From: Verrucomicrobiota bacterium | GTDB lineage: Bacteria; Verrucomicrobiota; Kiritimatiellia; CAIQIC01; JAGNIJ01 | DNA: 64,000 nt | Direction of reading: 5' to 3' | NCBI GenBank assembly: GCA_043803015.1 | Contig: JAZDKK010000023.1 | Coordinates: forward strand, 20,946 to 84,945 | Shown here: positions 1-9,321 of the stretch, piece by piece | How positions within the stretch are numbered: the first letter of the stretch is position 1 | How the letters are laid out: every line of letters begins with the position of its first letter | The notes under the pieces: model-generated | Database searches by the model: none | Told to the model about the DNA's origin: nothing | The model's input: only the letters and a program-made list of their open reading frames with translations | Translations under genes and position numbers: made by a program

Positions 1-830
1 CTGTCGTGCTGGTCAGCACCTCGGCCTTGCCCTCGCGCGATACGGCGGCAGCCAGGCCCCAATCGATCAGGAGCACTTCCCCGTAGTCCCCCAGCATGAC
101 GTTCTCGGGTTTCACGTCCCGATGAATCACCCCCCGGCTGTGCGCAAACGACACGGCGTTCGCCACCGCCATGAAGATCTCCAGGTTCTCCCGAAGCCCC
201 TTCTGGCCGAGCGACTGCGACCAGGCCCTCCCCCGGATCCGCTTCATCGCGTAGAAGGGCAGGCCCTCCTGGTTCAGGCCCAGTTCGTAGACGGGGACGA
301 TATTCGGGTGCTCCAACGCGCCGGTGGCAACGACCTCGGACAGAAACTTCTTCCGCCGTGGCTCGTCGAAGCCCGGCTCCGGCTTCATCACTTTCAGGGC
401 AACCACCCGGTCCACCGATGTCTGCCGGGCTTCGTAGATCACGCCCATGCCGCCTTCTCCCAGCGGTCCCAGCAGTTCGTAGTGCGGATGCGCCCCCGCG
501 CTCTCGGCCTCGCTCAGGACTTTCTGCTGGCGCAGGGCCAGGCGCGCGGAGACGCCTTCGACTTGCTTGTCGACGGCCTCTGGGCGCCGCAACTTGACGG
601 TCACCTCCGGCCGCGCGTTGTCATCCGTGAGCCCCCGCCAGAGCGTGGCCACCTGCTCAACCGTCAGGGCGTCGGGTGATGGCAACGGCGAAACGGCGGG
701 GGATGCGTCGGCGGAGGCGTCGCCGGTGGAAACGAGGGAGCGGCCGCAGGCGGGGCATGCGCCCTTAAGAACGTCTGTCTCCTGAAGCTCCGTCTGGCAA
801 TGCGCGCACCTGCGCATCGTACCCCCCTCC
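1..830 (-). CDS. Ser/Thr protein kinase, N-terminal zinc-ribbon plus kinase domain; the 3' end of the gene lies beyond the window start
   Basis: Minus-strand translation from ATG at 828-830 reads MRRCAHCQTELQ..CPACG (CxxC..CxxC). Kinase motifs follow: GEGGMGVIYEARQ, VALKVMK, HRDVKPENVML, DWGLA. It is a close paralog of the N-terminus of the 28377..32468 kinase. It is not in the ORF track because it has no stop inside the window. Confidence 0.8.
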
Positions 831-948
831 CTGCGCGTATCCTACCCCGGGGGGCAAGGGGCGGAAAGCGAATTAGCAAGGACTCCGAGCCGCGAGCCCC
901 GACCCGCCGTCCTCGGAGGTCGAGCGCAACAGCCCGGCGGGAGCGGGG

Positions 949-2352
949 CTAGTAGCGGTAATGATCCGCCTTGAATGGACCGCTGGCGGGAATGCCGAGG
1001 TAGTCGGCCTGCCTCTTCGAAAGCTTCTCCAGCTTGACGCCCAACTTCTTGAGGTGCAGGCGGGCGACCATCTCGTCCAGCTTCTTCGGCAGGACGTAGA
1101 CGCCGACCGGGTACTTGCCGGGGTTCGTGTAGAGCTCGATCTGGGCGAGCGTCTGGTTCGTGAAGCTGTTCGACATCACGAAGCTCGGGTGGCCGGTCGC
1201 GCAGCCGAGGTTCACCAGCCGGCCCTCGGCCAGCAGGATGATGCTCCGGCCGCTGGGGAACGTGACCTTGTGCACCTGCGGCTTGATCTCCTCCCACCGG
1301 TACTTGTGGATCGGCTCCACCTGGATCTCGTGATCGAAGTGGCCGATGTTGCAGACGATGGCCAGGTCCTTCATCTGCCGCATGTGCCGCTCGGTGATCA
1401 CGTCGCAGCAGCCGGTGGCCGTGACGAAGAGGTCGCCGATTTTGCAGGCCTCGTCCATCGTCATCACCTCGTAGCCTTCCATGGCGGCCTGGAGGGCGCA
1501 GATTGGGTCGATCTCCGTGATGATCACGCGGGCGCACTGGCCCTTCAGCGACTGCGCGCTCCCCTTGCCCACGTCGCCGTAACCCGCTACCACAGCGACC
1601 TTTCCAGAGATCAGGACGTCCGTAGCGCGCATGATGCCGTCCACGAGCGAGTGGCGGCAGCCGTAGATGTTGTCGAACTTGGACTTGGTGACCGAGTCGT
1701 TCACGTTGAACGCCGGGAACAGCAGTTCGCCCTTCGCGTTCATCTGGTACAGCCGCTTGACGCCGGTGGTCGTCTCCTCGCTGACGCCGCGGATGTGCTT
1801 CACAATCCGGTGGAACCGCTTCGGGTCGCGCCGCAGGGACTTCTTGAGCTGTGCCAGGAGGACCTTCTCCTCGTGGCTCTCCGGCTTGCGGTTGAGGATC
1901 TTCGGGTTCTCCTCGGCCCTGTAGCCGAGATGAATGAAGAGCGTCGCGTCGCCGCCGTCGTCCACGATCATGTTCGGGCCCTGGCCCCCGCCCCAGTCCA
2001 GGATGCGGTCGGTGAAGACCCAGTACTGCTCGAGCGACTCGCCCTTGTAAGCGTAGACGGGCGTGCCCCGCGCGGCGATGGCCGACGCGGCATGGTCCTG
2101 GGTCGAGAAGATGTTGCAGCTCGCCCAGCGCACCCGCGCCCCGAGCATCTGCAGCGTCTCGATGAGCACCGCCGTCTGGATCGTCATGTGGAGGGACCCG
2201 GTGATCCGCGCGCCTTTCAGGGGCTTGGAGCGGCGGTACTTCTCCCGGATGGCCATCAGGCCCGGCATCTCCTGCTCGGCGAGCTCGATCTCCCGGCGCC
2301 CGAAATCGGCCAAGCGGATGTCCTTAACAACGAAGTCTTTGCTGCGTTTCAT
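949..2352 (-). CDS. ahcY: adenosylhomocysteinase (S-adenosyl-L-homocysteine hydrolase)
   Basis: ORF 949..2406 minus. Full-length similarity to AhcY, with an NAD-binding GxGxxG region ([10 protein letters not shown]). The start was chosen at MKRSKDF (ATG 2350-2352); the upstream TTG extension is unlikely. Confidence 0.95.
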   Translation of the reverse strand: MKRSKDFVVKDIRLADFGRREIELAEQEMPGLMAIREKYRRSKPLKGARITGSLHMTIQTAVLIETLQMLGARVRWASCNIFSTQDHAASAIAARGTPVYAYKGESLEQYWVFTDRILDWGGGQGPNMIVDDGGDATLFIHLGYRAEENPKILNRKPESHEEKVLLAQLKKSLRRDPKRFHRIVKHIRGVSEETTTGVKRLYQMNAKGELLFPAFNVNDSVTKSKFDNIYGCRHSLVDGIMRATDVLISGKVAVVAGYGDVGKGSAQSLKGQCARVIITEIDPICALQAAMEGYEVMTMDEACKIGDLFVTATGCCDVITERHMRQMKDLAIVCNIGHFDHEIQVEPIHKYRWEEIKPQVHKVTFPSGRSIILLAEGRLVNLGCATGHPSFVMSNSFTNQTLAQIELYTNPGKYPVGVYVLPKKLDEMVARLHLKKLGVKLEKLSKRQADYLGIPASGPFKADHYRY

Positions 2353-2360
2353 GGTGTCAC

Positions 2361-2875
2361 CTCGCACAACGGATTCAACGTCCAACATCCAACTCTCAAC
2401 GTCCAACGTTCAACGGGACGCCAAACGTGCGCCCGAGAATAGCATTACTGCTTGGGTTTTCTAGCTGTTTTGATGGAAGAGACAAAGATTGCGATCAACT
2501 CATCTGTTTCCGTGAGGAGGCCGTCGAGTCTCGACACCGGCTTCAGCAGAGGCACCCGCTTACACAGCCGGAGCCACCGGTAGGACTCGCGCAACTCCTT
2601 GAGGCAGACTTTTATCTTGTGGATGAAGTCACTGCGCGACTCCGCCGCCTGGGCCTCGCCATGATTCGGCAGGGGCGAGGTGCCGGACCTCAGCAGCTGG
2701 TTGGCCACGTGATTCCCCGCCCGCGTCGAAGGCAATGCTTCAACCAGCCGGATGATCCTTGCGGCGTATTCGAGCAGGCGTTCCTCGAGGTCGAACTTCC
2801 GGACCGATTTCATGCTCCCCTCCTCGTTCGATGTTGGACGTTGGGCGTTGAGCGTTGGAAGTTCAATCCGTTCTA
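2361..2875. mobile_element. putative inverted-repeat-flanked mini-cassette carrying the four-helix-bundle gene
   Basis: An imperfect inverted repeat of ~50 bp sits at 2367-2417 and again in inverted orientation at 2820-2870. The left arm is AACGGATTCAACGTCCAACATCCAACTCTCAACGTCCAACG. Both arms are built from CAACG/TCCAAC 6-7-mers and exactly bracket the 369-bp gene. Confidence 0.4.
2445..2813 (-). CDS. four-helix-bundle protein (TIGR02436 family; formerly 23S rRNA intervening-sequence protein)
   Basis: 122-aa protein MKSVRKFDLEERLLEYAARIIRLVEALP..ANQLLRSGTS.. that matches the family signature; start is the ATG at 2811-2813. Confidence 0.8.
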   Translation of the reverse strand: MKSVRKFDLEERLLEYAARIIRLVEALPSTRAGNHVANQLLRSGTSPLPNHGEAQAAESRSDFIHKIKVCLKELRESYRWLRLCKRVPLLKPVSRLDGLLTETDELIAIFVSSIKTARKPKQ

Positions 2876-4033
2876 CAGCCGATGCGCCGCGTCCCGGATG
2901 AACCTCGATTCGGAGCCCTCGGACTCGCCGCCGACCTGGCGCGCGATGTTGACGAGGACGCCGATCATGGCGAGGGACATGACGAGGCTGGAACCGCCGA
3001 AGCTGATGAACGGGAGCGGCAGTCCCTTGGTCGGGAGGCTGCCGGTGACGACGCCGATGTTGATGGCCGCCTGGAGCGTGATCATGAGCGTGACCCCGAA
3101 GCCGAGCAGCTTGCCGAACTGGTCGGGGGCGCAGAAGCTGATGCGCACTCCGCAGAGGAAGAGGCCGAGGAACAGGAGCACCACCGAGAGCGAAGCGGTC
3201 AGGCCCAGCTCCTCGCCGATGATCGCGAAGATGAAATCCGTGTGCGCCTCGGGCAGGTAGAAGTGTTTCTGCAGGCTCTGGCCCAACCCGACGCCGGCGC
3301 CACCGCCGACCACGAAGGCGTAGATGGCGTTGAGGAGCTGAAACGCCTCGTCCTTCGCGTACCGCTCCGGGTTCAGGAACGCGGTGATGCGGCGCATGCG
3401 CTCGGCGTTCTACATGATGGCCAGGGTGAAGCCGGCGAGGCCGATCACGCCGGCGATCAGCAGGTAGCTCGGCCGCGCGCCCCCGACGAACATGATCGTC
3501 ATCCCGACCATCGCCACGAGCATCGTCGTCCCGAAATCCGGCTCGATGAAGATCAGACCCAGCAGGAGCCCCAGGCCGGCCAGCGGCAGCAGGAGCCCGC
3601 GCCCGAGCTCGCCGGCGTGGCGCTGGATGCGCGCCATCCACCACGCGAGGAAAACGACGGCGGCAAACTTCGCCAGTTCCGACGGCTCGAACGTGACCGG
3701 CCCGACGCGGATCCAGCGGCTGCTCCCCTTCACGTTCAGCCCGACGCCGGGGAGCAGCGCCATGATGAGCAGGGCCGCCGTGAAAAGCATGAGGGGGACG
3801 GCGAGCGGGCGCCAGTAGTGATAATCCGCATGCGACGTCGCCAACAAGGCGATGAACGCCACGACCAGCCAGGCGATCTGCCGCTTCAGAAAGTAGCCGG
3901 GATCGTCAAACTGCGACTTCCCCTGGACGCCGCTCGTGCTGGCCAGCATCACAATGCCCACGGTGACCAGGATGAGGACGATAGCGATCAGTATGCTGAT
4001 GGTCTTCCACATCGAACAACCGGACCCGCTCAA
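2873..4033 (-). pseudogene. ftsW: FtsW/RodA/SpoVE-family (SEDS) peptidoglycan polymerase interrupted by an in-frame TAG at 3410-3412
   Basis: Two minus-strand ORFs, 3410..4033 and 2873..3397, are in the same frame. The N-terminal part is transmembrane. The C-terminal part carries MRRITAFLNPE..YLPEAHTDFIFAIIGEELG..LPTKGLPLPFISFGGSS, the hallmark of FtsW. Only the TAG plus 4 codons (NAER) separate them. Confidence 0.75.
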
Positions 4034-4102
4034 AACAAACCGACCGCCCCGAAGTCGTCGGACGTCAGGACGGTCGGAGCTGTTCTATCGTTCACAGAAA
4101 GC

Positions 4103-4987
4103 TTACAGGGCCGTCGGCGGAATTCTCAGCTTCTGCCCCGGCTTGACACTCGCCGCATCCGAGATCCCGTTCAGCTTCATGAGATCGTCCTGACGCACCA
4201 GGAACAGCTTCGCAATGGACTCGAGCGAGTCGCCCGGCTGGACCGTGTAGTCGAGCGGCTGGTCCTGCGAAGAAACCTTGGGCTCCGCCGGGGCCGGCAT
4301 CGGCGGGGGCGCCATCTCGACTTTCGGCGCGGCGGCCGCCGGCATGCCTTCCAGCGACTCGGGGGCCAGCGGCCTGCTGGTGGGGATGATGAGCTTCTGC
4401 CCTACCATGATCTTGTCGCCCTTCAGCTGGTTGGCTTCGCGCAGGGCACCGAGCTTGATGCCGTGCCGGGAGGCGATCTTCGAGAGGTTGTCGCCCGCCT
4501 GGACCACGTAAGCGTTCCCGCCCTCGGGAACCGCGGCCGCAGGAGCCGCCTCGGGCTTGGCGGCCTTCTTCTTGTGCACGGGCGCCGCGCCGGGCGGCAC
4601 CGGCTTCGCGTACTCCGGCAAAACGATCTTCTGGCCGACGCGGATCTTGTTGGCATCCTTGATGCCGTTCAGCTCGGCGATCTCGCGCGAGCTCACGCCG
4701 AAGCGGCTCGCGATCTTCGAGAGCGAATCGCCGTTCTGCACCGCGTAGGTCCTGCTCTCGGCGGGCACCGCCATGGACGGCGCTGGCTCCACGGCCACCG
4801 GGGGCTGAATCGAGGGCTTGAGCACGGTCGGGGTGCCCGTTTCCGTCTTCGGCGGCATCACGGGCGTCGGCGGGGGTTCGACCTTGCCGGCACGCTTCGT
4901 CGTGCCGCACCCCTGGATACACACTACCGCGCTGACCGCCATGATATGTACAGCAACAACAGCAACCACTAGTATCGGGGCCCTCAT
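4103..4987 (-). CDS. LysM-repeat lipoprotein (three LysM domains separated by Pro/Ala-rich linkers)
   Basis: The start MRAPILVVAVVAVHIMAVSAVVCIQGCG is a signal peptide plus lipobox. It has three copies of the YxVQxGDSLSKIAxRxG..L..N LysM motif. An RBS GGAGACAC lies upstream of the ATG at 4985-4987. Confidence 0.8.
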   Translation of the reverse strand: MRAPILVVAVVAVHIMAVSAVVCIQGCGTTKRAGKVEPPPTPVMPPKTETGTPTVLKPSIQPPVAVEPAPSMAVPAESRTYAVQNGDSLSKIASRFGVSSREIAELNGIKDANKIRVGQKIVLPEYAKPVPPGAAPVHKKKAAKPEAAPAAAVPEGGNAYVVQAGDNLSKIASRHGIKLGALREANQLKGDKIMVGQKLIIPTSRPLAPESLEGMPAAAAPKVEMAPPPMPAPAEPKVSSQDQPLDYTVQPGDSLESIAKLFLVRQDDLMKLNGISDAASVKPGQKLRIPPTAL

Positions 4988-5043
4988 TCTGTGTCTCCTT
5001 TCTGAAACGGGTTGTAGCATATCGTTCCAAGTCATTCCGGAGT

Positions 5044-6387
5044 TCATGCGGCTTCCTCCTCGGCCAGGTCTTTGACGAGTTGCGCGAAACGCTGCCCACG
5101 CTCCTCGAAGTTCCGAAACTGGTCGAAACTCGCGGTCGCGGGCGACAACAAGACCGTTTCGCCGGCGCGTGCATCGGCCCTTGCTCTCCTGACGGCTACA
5201 TCGAGTGTGCCGCACCGAAAGCAAGGAACGACATCGGACCAGGCCGAGGCCATAGCCTCCGTTGCCAGCCCGATAAGGTAAACACCCAGCACCTTTTCCG
5301 CCAGCAATTCTTTAACAAAACCGAAATCTTTTTCCTTGACAAGTCCACCAGCGATGAGGCGCACCCTGCCGGGGGACATCCGAAGCGCCGCCGACATCGC
5401 CGACAGGTTCGTGGCTTTCGAATCGTTGATGAATCGGACGCCCGAAAACTCGGCCACCAACTCCGTGCGGTGCGGCAACGGCTCGAACGCCCGAGCCGCG
5501 CGGACCACGCAACCCGCATCCGCACCGCACGCCTCAATCCCCGCCACCACCGCCGCCGCGGTGACGCCCAGGATCTCGTTGCCGAAGTAGGTGCCGCCGA
5601 CGTCCGCCAGGACTTTCCCTTCGCGCGTGATGCGCCCGGCCTCGTACCGGTAGTCGGCCGCCGCGGTGCTCCCGAACGTCCGCCACACGCCGCGCCCGCC
5701 CGCCAGCGGGCGAACGGCCGCCGCGAGCGACTCGTGGACAATACAGACATCCTTCTCCGTCGTGCGGGAGAAAAGGCGGGCCTTCATGCGCGCGTAGGTC
5801 GGCAGGTCCCCGTGCCGGTCCAGGTGGTTCGGGTTGATGTTGAGCAGAATCCCAACTTCCGGCCGGAAGTCGCGCACCGTCTCCAGTTGGAACGAGCTCA
5901 CCTCGAGGACCAGCCAGTCCAGGTCCCGCCGTTCCCGCACGACTTTCGACACCGCCGGGCCGTAGTTCCCTACCGGCGCCGCCTTCAGCCCCGCCTGCTG
6001 GAGCGACTCCGCGAACCATTTGACCGCCGTGCTCTTGCCGTTGGAACCCGTGATCGCCACGGTTCTTCCCGTGCGCCGGCTCCAGCCGAGCTCCAGTTCC
6101 GACACCACGGGCACCGCGCGACGGCTCATGTCGGCGATCCAGGGAGACGCCACGGGAACGCCGGGGCTCACCACGCAAAGGTCGAACGCGCCGTCGGGGA
6201 CACCGGCCGCCCCGAGGAGCACGCGAGCGCCGAGACCTTGAAGCCGCTGCGCGCGGGCGCGAAGCTCCGGGCTGTCCGCCTTGTCGATCGCCGTCACCTG
6301 CATTCCCTCGGCCTGCAGGAGAGCCGCGGCGGCTTCGCCGCTGTCGCCCAAGCCGAGGACCAGCGCTTTGGAGCCGGACTGCATCAT
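5044..6387 (-). CDS. murD: UDP-N-acetylmuramoyl-L-alanine--D-glutamate ligase
   Basis: 447 aa. It has the Mur ligase central motif GSNGKST, and MurD-like N- and C-terminal domains. Confidence 0.95.
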   Translation of the reverse strand: MMQSGSKALVLGLGDSGEAAAALLQAEGMQVTAIDKADSPELRARAQRLQGLGARVLLGAAGVPDGAFDLCVVSPGVPVASPWIADMSRRAVPVVSELELGWSRRTGRTVAITGSNGKSTAVKWFAESLQQAGLKAAPVGNYGPAVSKVVRERRDLDWLVLEVSSFQLETVRDFRPEVGILLNINPNHLDRHGDLPTYARMKARLFSRTTEKDVCIVHESLAAAVRPLAGGRGVWRTFGSTAAADYRYEAGRITREGKVLADVGGTYFGNEILGVTAAAVVAGIEACGADAGCVVRAARAFEPLPHRTELVAEFSGVRFINDSKATNLSAMSAALRMSPGRVRLIAGGLVKEKDFGFVKELLAEKVLGVYLIGLATEAMASAWSDVVPCFRCGTLDVAVRRARADARAGETVLLSPATASFDQFRNFEERGQRFAQLVKDLAEEEAA

Positions 6388-6405
6388 GAACGATGGCTCA
6401 TGGCT

Positions 6406-6508
6406 AATGGTTGATGGTCAATGGTTGATGGTTGATGAGAAGTCAGCGGGCGAACAGCCGCAGCGTCCCTCTGCCCTCTCCTCCGTTAACCATGAACCAT
6501 CAACCATT
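6406..6508. repeat. intergenic hairpin-forming repeat (GGTTGATG units) between mraY and murD
   Basis: AATGGTTGATGGTCAATGGTTGATGGTTGATG at 6406-6437 is complementary to CATGAACCATCAACCATT at 6486-6508. A strong SD, TAGGAGGA, overlaps the mraY stop. It is followed by a possible 29-codon ORF on the minus strand. Confidence 0.4.
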
Positions 6509-6512
6509 CCTC

Positions 6513-7655
6513 CTACCTGATCTTCAGCGTCGCCACGCCGATCAGCGCGAAGATGATGGACAGAATCCAGAACCGCGTCGTGATCATCGTCTCCACGACC
6601 TCGACGTCGCGTCCTTCCCTCTCCGCGCGCTCTTTTTCGAGCACCTCAAAGTGGTGATGGATCGGCGAGCATTTGAGGATGCGGCGGCCGCCGGTCAGTT
6701 TGAAGTAGGCGACCTGGAGCAGCACGCTCAGCGCCTCGATGACGAACACGCCGCCGACGATGACCAGCGCCAGCTCCTGGCGGATCAGGATCGCCACCAT
6801 GGCGATCGCGCCGCCGAGGGCCAGGCTGCCGGTGTCGCCCATGAACACGCGCGCCGGGTGGCAGTTGAACCAGAGGAAGCCGAGGCCGGCCCCGAGCAGG
6901 CAGGCGCAGAACACGGCGAGTTCCCCGCTCCCGGCCACGTGCGGGACCTGCAGGTACTGCGAGAACTTGAGGTGGCCGGCGACGTAGGCCATCACCAGGT
7001 ACGCCACGGCCACGGAGTTGCTGCACCCGATGGCCAGCCCGTCCAGGCCGTCGGTCAGGTTGACGGCGTTCGTCGAGCCCACCATGACGAGCGCGAGGAA
7101 AAGGAACGTGAACAGGATCCCCATGTCGCGGATCACCGGCTCCTTGAAGAACGGGACCATGAGCTGGCGCACCGGCTCGCGGGTCTCCGGCCAGGCCAGC
7201 AGCACCAGGAAGATCACGAGGGCCCACGCGGTCTGGAGGACCAGTTTGCTGCGTGCCCCCAGCCCCTTCGACTGCTTGCGGGTCACCTTGAGGTAGTCGT
7301 CGCGGAAACCGACCCAGCCCATGTAGCAGAGCGTGGCCAGCGTCAGCAGGACGTACAGGTTCGTCGGCACGGCCCAGAGGAGCGTGGAGACGACGACCGA
7401 CGCGATGATCAGGAGCCCGCCCATGGTGGGCGTGCCCGCCTTCTTGCCGTGGAAGATGTACAGTGGCGGCACCTCGCCGTTTGAGCGGACCTGCTGGCCG
7501 ATCTTGAATTCGCGGAGCTTCCGGATCACCCACGGGCCGAGCAGGACGCTGATGAGAAAGGCCGTCGCCGCGCCCGCCAGCGCGCGCACGGTGATGTACT
7601 GGAAGATGCGCAGCGGCGAGAAGTACTGGGTCAGCAGATGCAGGTAGTAAAACAT
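6513..7655 (-). CDS. mraY: phospho-N-acetylmuramoyl-pentapeptide transferase
   Basis: 380-aa polytopic membrane protein carrying the MraY motifs NAVNLTDGLDGLA and DTGSLALGG. Confidence 0.95.
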   Translation of the reverse strand: MFYYLHLLTQYFSPLRIFQYITVRALAGAATAFLISVLLGPWVIRKLREFKIGQQVRSNGEVPPLYIFHGKKAGTPTMGGLLIIASVVVSTLLWAVPTNLYVLLTLATLCYMGWVGFRDDYLKVTRKQSKGLGARSKLVLQTAWALVIFLVLLAWPETREPVRQLMVPFFKEPVIRDMGILFTFLFLALVMVGSTNAVNLTDGLDGLAIGCSNSVAVAYLVMAYVAGHLKFSQYLQVPHVAGSGELAVFCACLLGAGLGFLWFNCHPARVFMGDTGSLALGGAIAMVAILIRQELALVIVGGVFVIEALSVLLQVAYFKLTGGRRILKCSPIHHHFEVLEKERAEREGRDVEVVETMITTRFWILSIIFALIGVATLKIR

Positions 7656-7656
7656 G

Positions 7657-9036
7657 TCACAGATCCTTTCTCCATGCTTCGAGCACCCGCTCGAGGCGCT
7701 CGGCCCGCGACGCCTTCAGCAGGACGGCGTCGCCGGCGGCCACGTGCTGCTCCAGGACCCGCGCAACCTCCGCCGGATCCGAACACCGGAAAATGCGCCC
7801 CACCTCCGAATCCCCTGTCTCCGCCCCGTCGGCGATGAGCGCGCCGAGCGGGCCCACGGCGACCAGCCCTGCCCACGTCCCCTTCGCGATCTCGCCGCCC
7901 AGCGCCAGGTGTTCCTGCTTCGAGCGGGCGCCCAGCTCGAGCATGCCGCCGAGGACCAGCCAGCGGCGGCCGCGCACCGGCGTATGGACGAAAGCTTCGA
8001 GCGCGGCCCGCATGCTCATCGGGTTCGCATTATACGCGTCGTCGATGATTTCGACACCATGAAGCGCCAGCCGGTTCCAGCGCATCGGCAGGGGCACGTA
8101 TTTCCTCAGGGCCGTGCGGATCGCGTCCCACGGCACCCCGTGCCCGCGCCCGACCGCGACGGCGAAGAGCGCGTCCCGGATGACGTGGTCGCCGGGCAGC
8201 GGGACCTCGAACTCCTCGCGCTCGCCCGTGGCCTTCTCCAGCACCGTGAACCGCGCGGCGTCGGACGGGAGAACGTGGGCCCGGTAGTCCGACTCCCGCG
8301 CCAGCGAGGTGGTGATGATCTTGCCGGGAGCCGCCGCCCGGAGCACGTTGAAGTACGGCTCGTCGCGGCTCGCGACGGCGACGCCGTCCTGGGGCAGGCT
8401 CTGGAAGACCACCGACTTCTCGTACGCGATGGCCTCGACGGAGTCGAAGAACTCGATGTGGACCGGGCCGACGTTGGTGATGACGGCCCACGAGGGCTTC
8501 AGCACGTCGCAGAGCGGCGCCAGTTCGCCGGGATGGTTCATGCCGAGCTCGAAGACCCCGTAGTGATCCGCCGCGTCCATGCCGAGGAGGCTCAGGGGCA
8601 GGCCGATCTCGTTGTTCCAGTTGCCGCGCGAGCGCGCGGCGTGGGCGCGCGTGCCGAGGACGTCGCCGATCATCTCCTTGACGGTGGTCTTGCCGACGCT
8701 GCCGGTGACCGCGATCATCTCGGCGCGCAGGCTGCGCCGGTAACCCGAGGCGATCCGTCCGAGCGCCCGGAGCGTGTCGTCGACGCAGAGCACGGGCCCG
8801 AGGGAGGGGTTGGCATCGGCGAACGCGCGGGTCACGACGGCGGCCGCGGCGTTCCGGGCGAAGGCCTGGGCGACGAAGTCGTGCCCGTCATGGGTCGGGC
8901 CGCGAAGGGCTACGTAGAGGTTGCCGGGCTGCAGCGTGCGGGTGTCGTTCGAGACGCCGATGATGTCCGAAGGCTCGGAGGGCCTCCAGGTTCCGCCACT
9001 CCAGGTGGCCAGATCTCTCGCGCTGTATGCCGGCAT
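7657..9036 (-). CDS. murF: UDP-N-acetylmuramoyl-tripeptide--D-alanyl-D-alanine ligase
   Basis: 459 aa. It has the Mur ligase motif VTGSVGKTT and MurF-like architecture. Its stop lies 1 nt from the mraY start. Confidence 0.9.
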   Translation of the reverse strand: MPAYSARDLATWSGGTWRPSEPSDIIGVSNDTRTLQPGNLYVALRGPTHDGHDFVAQAFARNAAAAVVTRAFADANPSLGPVLCVDDTLRALGRIASGYRRSLRAEMIAVTGSVGKTTVKEMIGDVLGTRAHAARSRGNWNNEIGLPLSLLGMDAADHYGVFELGMNHPGELAPLCDVLKPSWAVITNVGPVHIEFFDSVEAIAYEKSVVFQSLPQDGVAVASRDEPYFNVLRAAAPGKIITTSLARESDYRAHVLPSDAARFTVLEKATGEREEFEVPLPGDHVIRDALFAVAVGRGHGVPWDAIRTALRKYVPLPMRWNRLALHGVEIIDDAYNANPMSMRAALEAFVHTPVRGRRWLVLGGMLELGARSKQEHLALGGEIAKGTWAGLVAVGPLGALIADGAETGDSEVGRIFRCSDPAEVARVLEQHVAAGDAVLLKASRAERLERVLEAWRKDL

Positions 9037-9088
9037 AGGTCCGAAACCATATCACGCCCGTCAAGCAAGTCACGGGAACGCCCGAAGC

Positions 9089-9271
9089 TCATGGACCCGA
9101 AAACAGCTGGACGACCTCCAGGTCCGCGTGGACCTTGATCAGGCAGCCCGGGCAGTAGCTGTGCGAGTATCTCCGATGGGCCGGGTCCTTGCCTTCCTCG
9201 TACTCCCACCGACCGTCGGTCCTGACCCGATGGCATTTGCAGCATTTCACGATGATCTCTGCGCGTTCCAT
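9089..9271 (-). CDS. small zinc-ribbon protein (60 aa, two CxxC pairs) inserted between murE and murF
   Basis: MERAEIIVKCCKCHRVRTDGRWEYEEGKDPAHRRYSHSYCPGCLIKVHADLEVVQLFSGP. A strong SD, GGAAGGAGGCG, lies 5 nt upstream of the ATG at 9269-9271. Confidence 0.5.
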   Translation of the reverse strand: MERAEIIVKCCKCHRVRTDGRWEYEEGKDPAHRRYSHSYCPGCLIKVHADLEVVQLFSGP

Positions 9272-9321
9272 GGCGACGCCTCCTTCCGAACCGTACTGCC
9301 GCACCTCCTGCGGACGTGTTC

